From NCBI GenBank assembly GCA_964016885.1, contig OZ024747.1:57226001-57290000 (forward strand): a DNA stretch of 64,000 bases, given 5' to 3'. The stretch comes from Eledone cirrhosa. Its lineage: Eukaryota. Under the pieces are notes generated by a model. The model was not told where the DNA came from. It worked only from the letters and a program-made list of their open reading frames with translations, and made no database searches. Positions 55,864 to 64,000 of this stretch are shown here, piece after piece. The position numbers were made by a program, and so were the translations under genes. The stretch's first letter is position 1; each line of letters opens with the position of its first letter.

Positions 55864-56273
55864 CACATACATACACATACATTTTGGTATGTGAAGGGTA
55901 AGGCAAAAAGAATATATGGGGGGGGGGGGGGCATAGGAAAAGGTGAAATATAAGGGGAGATAAGGGAGAAAAAGAATACAAGGGTACAGAACGTGGATTC
56001 AGCAAATAAAAAAAACCGTAGTAGAAGTAAAGAGCAGAAAAGGAGTTCAAGGCGGTTGATTTATCATAGGAGTGTCAATCCAGTTACAGATCAGATGTGA
56101 TTTCAGCAAAAAAATAGAAGAACATTTTAGCTTTCAAAATTTTGTTGCAGCCATGATAAATCTATGAATTGTTGGGGTTTAAATCATTGCCATTTTGTAA
56201 AACGGTAGCCACAAAACTAATTTATTCGTTTCTAGCAGGCTTATAGAATTTGATATTATATATATATATATAT

Positions 56274-56547
56274 CATCATCATCATTTTACGTCCGCTTTT
56301 CCTGCTTGCAAGGGCGGGACGGATCCTATTCAGCACAGCATCTCTCCACTTGTCATGGTCCTTCGTCATCTCCACCATGAGGTTCAACGACCTGAGGTCT
56401 ACTCTCATCACCTCCACCCATGTTTTTTCTGGTCTTCCTCTACCACGTCTTCCTTCAACTGGCATTTCTTGGCACTTCTTCACCCATCGGTTATCCTCCA
56501 TGTGCATCACATGTCCATACCATCGCAGCCTCCTCTCCCACACACTA
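56274..56547 (-). pseudogene. RTE LINE extreme 3' end with (ATG)n tail
   Basis: ERRLRWYGHVMHM..GRRGRGRPEKTWVEV..WRDAV then CCTTGCAAGCAGGAAAAGCGGACGTAAAATGATGATG. Confidence 0.9.
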
Positions 56548-56978
56548 CAATTTATCCTATATATATATATATATTTGGAATTTAGCTAAGAATGTAGCTG
56601 TATGCAAATATGTATTTTAATTTTGTATACCTAAAGTAACACGGTATGTTTATAAATAAACATTTAGAAAGCCATAGCTATGAAAACCACTGGCAGCTAA
56701 TGGCACCCAACAGTGTTGGTTGGATGGCATTAGCTGCAAGTGTTTTTCATATCTAAAGAAATACGAAATTCAAATATAAATATATATATATATAGTGGTG
56801 GAACACTGGAAGGTAATATCCGTAGTGGTAGAGCACTCAGTCCAAGGGACGAGTTAGGTAGAAGTGGTTACACAACAGTTAGTTCACCATACCGAGAACA
56901 ATTGTTTCACCTTTGCAGATCTTCAGCTCGGGATGTATATGGTTATAGGAACAGGAAGGACAACCGTACGAACGTGCC

Positions 56979-57600
56979 TTCTCACTCAACGTTAAAACCA
57001 ATGTAGGAAAACAATTTCTAGCCTTCTTAGATAGACACTTCCCCATAGGTCATAAATATCGCTCCATCTTTAACCGACACAAAGTTAAACTAGGATACTC
57101 CTGCGCTAAGAACATGAAGGCCCACATCACCAGCAGCCCTAGGAGCAACACCCCAACAGGGTGCTCTTGCCGTAAGCCTGAAGCTTGCCCCCTTCAACAA
57201 CAATGCAACACACCAGCTGTAATCTATGAAGCTGTGGTCACTTCCAACTGACCAAACGAACCACAGGAGGTCAAATCCTATGTGGGCATGGCGGAGGAAG
57301 CGTTTCCTGAACCACCAGTCTACCTTCAGATACCCGAACAGATGTTCATCCACGAAACTCGCGAGCCACGTATGGTCCCTCAAGGACTCAAGTATAAGGT
57401 ACTCCATTCAATGGAAAGTCATCACTAAGTCCAAGCCATACGCAAGGGGAAATCCGACGTGTGGCTTATGTATTGATGAACGAATAACTATCCTAAAGAG
57501 ATTACGCAATAGTGATTGCCTAAACACGAGAAGTGAATTTTTCACACGTTGTCCACACGTCACCAAACATCTATTGCATAACTACAAGGCTCCAGACTGA
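56979..57600 (+). pseudogene. PLE ORF C-terminus: Cys-rich linker plus GIY-YIG endonuclease
   Basis: NVGKQFLAFLDRHFP..KLGYSC..CSCRKPEACPLQQQC..AVIY..SYVG..RFLNH..CGLCIDER..LNTRSE..CPH; one stop and one frameshift. Confidence 0.9.
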
Positions 57601-57782
57601 TTCTTTGTAATTTTATTTTTAAATTTTTAAATTTTATTTTCAACCAAAAAACTTTCCGAACTTTCGCAGTTATCTCTCTTACACCCCCGCATGCAGTCTA
57701 CTATTGCCTGTGTGAAGTGACTGAGTTACTGCGCACGCGCGTTCGTACGGTTGTCCTTCCTGTTCCTATAACCATATACATC

Positions 57783-57822
57783 CCGAGCTGAAGATCCGCG
57801 AAGGTGAAACAATTGTTCTAGG
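57783..57822 (+). ncRNA. Minimal hammerhead in PLE pLTR; mirror copy 56892-56931 (-) has a perfect stem I
   Basis: CCGAG-CTGAAGA-TCCGCGAAGGT-GAAA-CAATTG-TT-CT(A/C)GG. Confidence 0.85.
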
Positions 57823-58679
57823 TATGGTGAACTAACTGTTGTGTAACCACTTATATATATATATATATATGCTAGAGTTCATTTTAAGAGATAATTTTCA
57901 TAAAGTTTGGTTGCTTAGTATTAGTGTGAGTTTTTTAGAACGTATTAAATGAATTCTTCTTTGATGGGGATCTTGTAAAGGGCTGGATAAAAGAAGGGGT
58001 TACATATTATAGCTGTGTTAAAAACGTCTGTGTTTATGTCAAAGCAGTTATTGGTGCCATTTAACTTCTTTAAAACTGCTGTCTGAACAGTCTGCTTTTT
58101 AGGGTTAAGATTTCATTGATACATTTCAATAAAGTCTGTAGTTCCAGGATTTTCCATTTCGTCTTTTAAGGTCTTTTTCATTTTTTGAAATTACATATAT
58201 GTCTGTTCCGTTTCGTGGTATTCTACTTGTCTGTTTACCTGAATAATTTTTCATGGTTGAAAAGTCTTGACTTGAATTTACTCTCAACCATACTTATGTA
58301 AATCTTTTCTATCTTTGTATGAAGACAGGAAAACTAAACAGGAATCAATACAGAACAGAAGGACACTTCAATCTGACTCACTTGAGCTTTAACTATGTAT
58401 TAGATACATCCATACTTATTTGTCCTCAATTCATACATGGAAAAGTGTTGAATGTAGAAAGCAGAGGAGATCATAACCTAACATATTCCTTCCATATACT
58501 GTACCAATTGTGATGTTATTTCTGTTTACCTTTTATGTACATACATACATGCATATATATATATATATAGGTGTGTATATATATATATATATAAATATAT
58601 ATATGTTTATGTATATATATATATTATATATATTTATACATATATATTATAAATATGTATATATATATGTATATATATG

Positions 58680-58718
<39 letters not shown>

Positions 58719-58719
58719 G

Positions 58720-58751
<32 letters not shown>

Positions 58752-58778
58752 CATATATATATATATACATATATATAC

Positions 58779-58852
<74 letters not shown>

Positions 58853-58893
58853 CATATATATACATATATATATACATATAATATATATATACA

Positions 58894-58928
<35 letters not shown>

Positions 58929-58961
58929 CATATATATAATATATATATATACATAAACTAA

Positions 58962-59295
58962 TGGAGGCACATGGCTTAGTGGTTAGAGCATTGGCCTTGC
59001 AATCGAAAGGTTGTGAGTTCAATTCTCAGACCGGGCGATGTGTTGTTTCCTTGAGCAAGACACTTTATTTCACATTGCTCCAGTTTACTCAGCTGTAGAA
59101 ATGAGATGATAGGGACTGGGGTCCCTATCATTCCACTGCAAAGTGGTCGTGGAGATGCTACGGCAAAAAAGCACCCAGCACTCACTGTAAATGAGGTTGG
59201 TGTTAAGAAGGGCATCCAGCTGTAGAAATCAAGCCAGAATCAGTTCCCGTCCCACCCTTGCAAGCAGGGAAAAAGTGGACGTAAAATGATGATGT
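58962..59295 (+). mobile_element. SINE family B, full-length reference copy
   Basis: A-box TGGCTTAGTGG, B-box GAGTTCAATTC, CORE-like TCCTTGAGCAAGACACTT domain, RTE-type tail and (ATG)n. Confidence 0.92.
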
Positions 59296-59315
59296 TGAAA
59301 ATGATGAAATGATGT

Positions 59316-59357
<42 letters not shown>

Positions 59358-59541
59358 GTAAGAATATTTTCGATGTGGGTTCGACCCCCATGTACGTCAA
59401 TACTCATCTTTTTCCATTTCTCCAAGGGTTCTTAACCCCGCTATCAGACTAAATAATTTCTTTAATTTCTTTAGTCAAAATACGGCAATAACTTACATAT
59501 ATATATATATAAACATATATATATTTATATATATATATATA

Positions 59542-60087
<546 letters not shown>

Positions 60088-60449
60088 ACACCTAAACACA
60101 AACACAGATTTTAAATATTTACATACATCTATGTATGTGTGTATATATATATATGTGTATGTGTGTCTGTGTGTGTACATGCAAATAGATTGGTACATAC
60201 ATATACCTATGAATAAGTTTGTGTAGATATGTGCCTGTGTGTATGTATGTATGTGTGCATGTGTTTGTGTGTGTGTGTACATGAATCTGGTGGTAGCCAT
60301 ATTTCTACTAAATGTCCAATGTTTGATGTGCACCTTCTCCCCACTGTCATACTCCTCCTACAACTCCCCTGTGACAGAATGTGTGAGTGGGTAGGGAGGA
60401 GCAGAAGCAGTGGGCTGTATTGTATTGTCATAAAACACACATGCTCGGA

Positions 60450-61385
60450 CATATATACATACACACATACATATACACATACATATACATACACACATAC
60501 AATACACACATACATATACATACACATATACATATACACATATACACATACACACATACATATACATACGCACATACATATACATACGCACATACATATA
60601 CACACACATATACACATACATATACACATATACACATACACATACACACATACATATACACACACATGTACACATATACACATATACACATACATATACA
60701 TACACACATACATACACACATACATATACATACACATATACATATACACATATACACATACACACATACATACTCACATACATATACATACACATATACA
60801 TACACATATACATATACACATATACACATACACACACACATACATATACATACACATATACATATACCCATGCACACATACATATACATACACACATACA
60901 TATACATACACATATACATACACATACACACATACATATACATACGCACATACATATACACACACATATACATACACATATACATATGCACATATACACA
61001 CACACACATACATATACATACACATATATATATACACATGCACACATACATATACATACACACATACATATACATACACATATACATATACACATACACA
61101 CATACATATACATACACACATACATATACACATACACATATACATATACATATATACACATACACACATACATATACATACGCACATACATATACACACA
61201 CATATACATACACATATACATATATGCACATACACACACACACACATATACATACACATATACATATACGCATGCACACATACATATACATACGCACATA
61301 CATATACACACACATACATACACATATACACATACACACATACACAGACACCATGCACACACACATACACACATGCTCATACACA
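60450..61385. repeat. Compound (CA/TA/CATA)n microsatellite
   Basis: Direct inspection. Confidence 0.95.
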
Positions 61386-61506
61386 TCCTTAGGGACTGAA
61401 CACACAGCATTGACTAATGTAATAATAGCAAATCAGCAAGAATCACATCTCAACCAATGGCAGTGTTGCTGGTGACGATAGCATCCTGAAAACGTTGATG
61501 ATGGTG

Positions 61507-61538
<32 letters not shown>

Positions 61539-61629
61539 GATGATTATGGTGGTAGTGGTGGGGAAGCTGATGATGGTCATGATGATGATGGTGATGATGA
61601 TGGGGATGACGGTGGTTGTGTTGATGGTG

Positions 61630-61660
<31 letters not shown>

Positions 61661-61843
61661 TAGTGGTGGCAGTGGTGATGATGATGGTGGTGATGGTGAT
61701 GATTTTCATTATCATCACCATGACCATCAGCATTTATTATCCTTTTCTACTGGGAAAAATCCTTTCATTTCACATACACATTTCCATGATATATATATAC
61801 ATATATATCTACACACACATATACATACATATATATATATATG

Positions 61844-62540
61844 TAAAATTTAGAATTGTTGCTCTGAAATAGCTATATATATATGAATGTATATATAGTG
61901 TATTTTGCAATACACTGTATGCTTAATAAAAAGCATTTTGAAGACCTTATGCTATTGTTTTAGAGTAGTGACAGACTCACTTACTTTAATTTCAGCAAAC
62001 AGGGGCAGATAAAGCTGACAAGGCCTTGTTTCTGCATTTATTGATGCTTATCAAAGCCAACTACTCTTCCCGTTTGCTGAGAACCTGGATGTTTTGGTTC
62101 TTATAGAATTCTAGTAAATAATCGGGAACTGATTATACAGAGCAGTTGCCGGTCAAGCAGAAATTAAAATTTAGAATTGTTGCTCTGAAATAGCTATATA
62201 TATATGAATGTATATATAGTGTATTTTGCAATACACTGTATGCTTAATAAAAAGCATTTTGAAGACCTTATGCTCTGTATAATCAGTTCCTGATTATTTA
62301 CTAGAATTCTATAAGAACCAAAACATCCAGGTTCTCAGCAAACGGGAAGAGTAGTTGGCTTTGATAAGCATTAATAAATGCAGAAACAAGGCCTTGTCAG
62401 CTTTATCTGCCCCTGTTTGCTGAAATTAAAGTAAGTGAGTCTGTCACTACTCTAAAACAATAGCATAAGGTCTTCAAAATGCTTTTTATTAAGCATACAG
62501 TGTATTGCAAAATACACTATATATACATTCATATATATAT
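61844..62540. mobile_element. Retrozyme-like element: 321-bp unit, about 1.3 tandem copies plus a 270-bp inverted copy, (TA)-rich flanks
   Basis: 61844-61953 repeated at 62165-62274; 62271-62540 is the reverse complement of 61875-62144. Confidence 0.8.
62357..62402 (+). ncRNA. Hammerhead ribozyme with U3-A8 core covariation; mirror copy 62013-62058 (-)
   Basis: GGCT-TTGATAA-GCATT AATA AATGC-A-GAAA-CAAGGCCTTG-TC-AGCT. Confidence 0.7.
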
Positions 62541-63019
62541 GTATATATGTCACTCTGTAAGGTGGCAGGGCTCATACATACATATACATAAGGTTCTCAT
62601 TCTACAAAATAAACCTTTTAGTATTGTTTATGCCCTCAAATAGGAACTCACATTATACTCTTTCAAAGATTGGATCTATCGTACATGTCTAATGTATCAA
62701 GAATAATTATTAAATATCTCATGCCCCATGTTATTGTGATTTTCTAAGTTTCATCAACTTACTTGTATGAAAATATAATAATTGTTTTTGCTATTGGCAC
62801 AAGGCCAGCAAATTACCCAGTACATTACTGGTACTTTATTTTATATTATTATATAATACTGTAAGTATTATATAATAATATAATACTTACAGAAAGAAAA
62901 CACAATATATACAAATATAAATGCATAAAAGAGAGACAAAACCCCCGTAAAAATGAAGGAAGAAAAGGGGGGTGGCAATTCACCACCAAGTGTGACAATT
63001 GGCTGCGCCTCACATCTTA

Positions 63020-63225
63020 GGGGTCAACTAAATACTTTGAGGCAAGCCAATACATTCACAGCATTACCACAGTTGATAGTGAGGCTACAGTGCTGAAACA
63101 ACCTGGTACCCTCACATGCATCACCTGACGTCTAGGAAAGGTGAGCTGCCAATAATGACAAGAACTTTGCTGTCAGTGGCCCAACTCCACCAAACGTCTT
63201 GAACGCCACAGCCTGGAAAAATTAA
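63020..63225 (-). pseudogene. CRE-like retrotransposon restriction-like endonuclease C-terminal fragment
   Basis: FQAVAFKTFGGVGPLTAKFL..SGDACEGTRLFQHCSLTINCGNAVNVLA. Confidence 0.7.
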
Positions 63226-63424
63226 TTGTTGTGATTAAAATACATTCTGGGTGCAGAAAGAGAGAAGATATGGTGATAGCCAAAATATGAAGAATATTAT
63301 ATAGGACCAACCAGAATCACTTGAAGATTAAAATAAAATGACTCTGCATTGGTACAAAATTTGAATGCCTTGCTATAGATATATAACTTTAAGTCTACTG
63401 CTGCTGCTGCTGCTGCTGCTGATG

Positions 63425-63463
<39 letters not shown>

Positions 63464-63609
63464 TTACTACTACTACTGTTGTTGTTGTTGTTGTTGTTGT
63501 TGTTACTGCTGCTGCAGCCTGTGCTAATACTGTTACACATCTGTTTTACAAAAAAACTAAATAACCAAAATGAATGATAAATGTTAGATATTTAATTTAT
63601 AACCTCCTT

Positions 63610-63970
63610 ATCAGTAACGTTACTCAACAGCGTATGTAGCTAGGAGATCAGAGAATCACTCCAGGTAGAGCTGTTCCTTCTCCTAGTTGAGAGATCACAG
63701 CTGTGACACTATGGGCATGTGGTTAGAATGTCTCTAGAAAGAATCACTGGACAGATTTTATGGGCAAACCCAACCGGCAGGAGACCCAGTTGTAGACCCC
63801 AAGCAAGATGATTGGATAACATCCATGAGCTTGGCTGGTAACACTTAAGGCTCCAGCCAGATAAGTTGGAGATACTTGCTTCTGACAGGACCTGATGGAA
63901 GGAATGTTTGAGGAGTACTCTGCCCTCATGGCACACTCAGGAATAAGTGGGAGATGAAGAAGAAGAGCTC
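63610..63970 (+). pseudogene. RTE LINE 3' fragment
   Basis: EIRESLQVELFLLLVERSQL*HYGHVVRM..KPNRQETQ; homologous to 38020-38385. Confidence 0.8.
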
Positions 63971-64000
63971 CCTATCAGACAACTGATAAAAAAACTGAAG

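Larger units (their letters stand above)
56795..57852 (+). mobile_element. 5'-truncated Penelope-like retroelement with inverted 5' pseudo-LTR, inserted in (TA)n
   Basis: 56862-56974 is the reverse complement of 57740-57852; GIY-YIG ORF remnant between; HHR in both pLTR copies; (TA)n flanks. Confidence 0.92.

Noticed and set aside
57249-57251. In-frame TGA in the PLE ORF as possible selenocysteine
   Set aside because: Not at a conserved Cys position, the copy also has a frameshift, and no SECIS was recognised; most likely a nonsense mutation.
57870-58520. AT-rich unique stretch as possible LINE or exon
   Set aside because: No recognisable motif or open frame.
58962-59035. tRNA-Cys-like head (GCA anticodon-like loop, A and B boxes)
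   Set aside because: No proper acceptor stem and always fused to the SINE body; treated as SINE, not a tRNA gene.
61458-61487. Possible minus-strand micro-exon (TTTTCAG acceptor)
   Set aside because: Weak donor, very short, no supporting evidence.

Overview
AT-rich eukaryotic, repeat-saturated DNA with very dense (TA)n, (CA)n, (GA)n and triplet microsatellites. The repeat families are consistent with an octopus or other coleoid cephalopod genome; this is inferred, not proven. No intact host protein-coding gene is supported. Nearly all track ORFs are microsatellite artefacts, and one candidate spliced exon lies at 37347-37476 (-). Recognisable content: two main tRNA-derived SINE families, RTE/BovB, CR1 and CRE LINE fragments, piggyBac-type and Tc2/pogo-type MITEs, and two Penelope-like element (PLE) remnants with a C-terminal GIY-YIG endonuclease. 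The main hidden structure is a set of about 20 type I hammerhead ribozyme (HHR) motifs from several dissimilar small element families, read by eye on both strands. They sit mostly in or beside (TA)n and often form fold-back palindromes. Many carry a second shared motif (ACTC-loop-GAGTRCY stem) shortly before the (TA)n junction, and the same layout is seen in the pseudo-LTR of the PLE at 56795-57852. Highlights are a U3-A8 core-variant HHR in a 321-bp tandem-plus-inverted unit, HHRs with expanded or branched stem II, and a hairpin whose loop matches local DNA 1.5 kb away. All structures and coordinates were derived manually and need computational confirmation.
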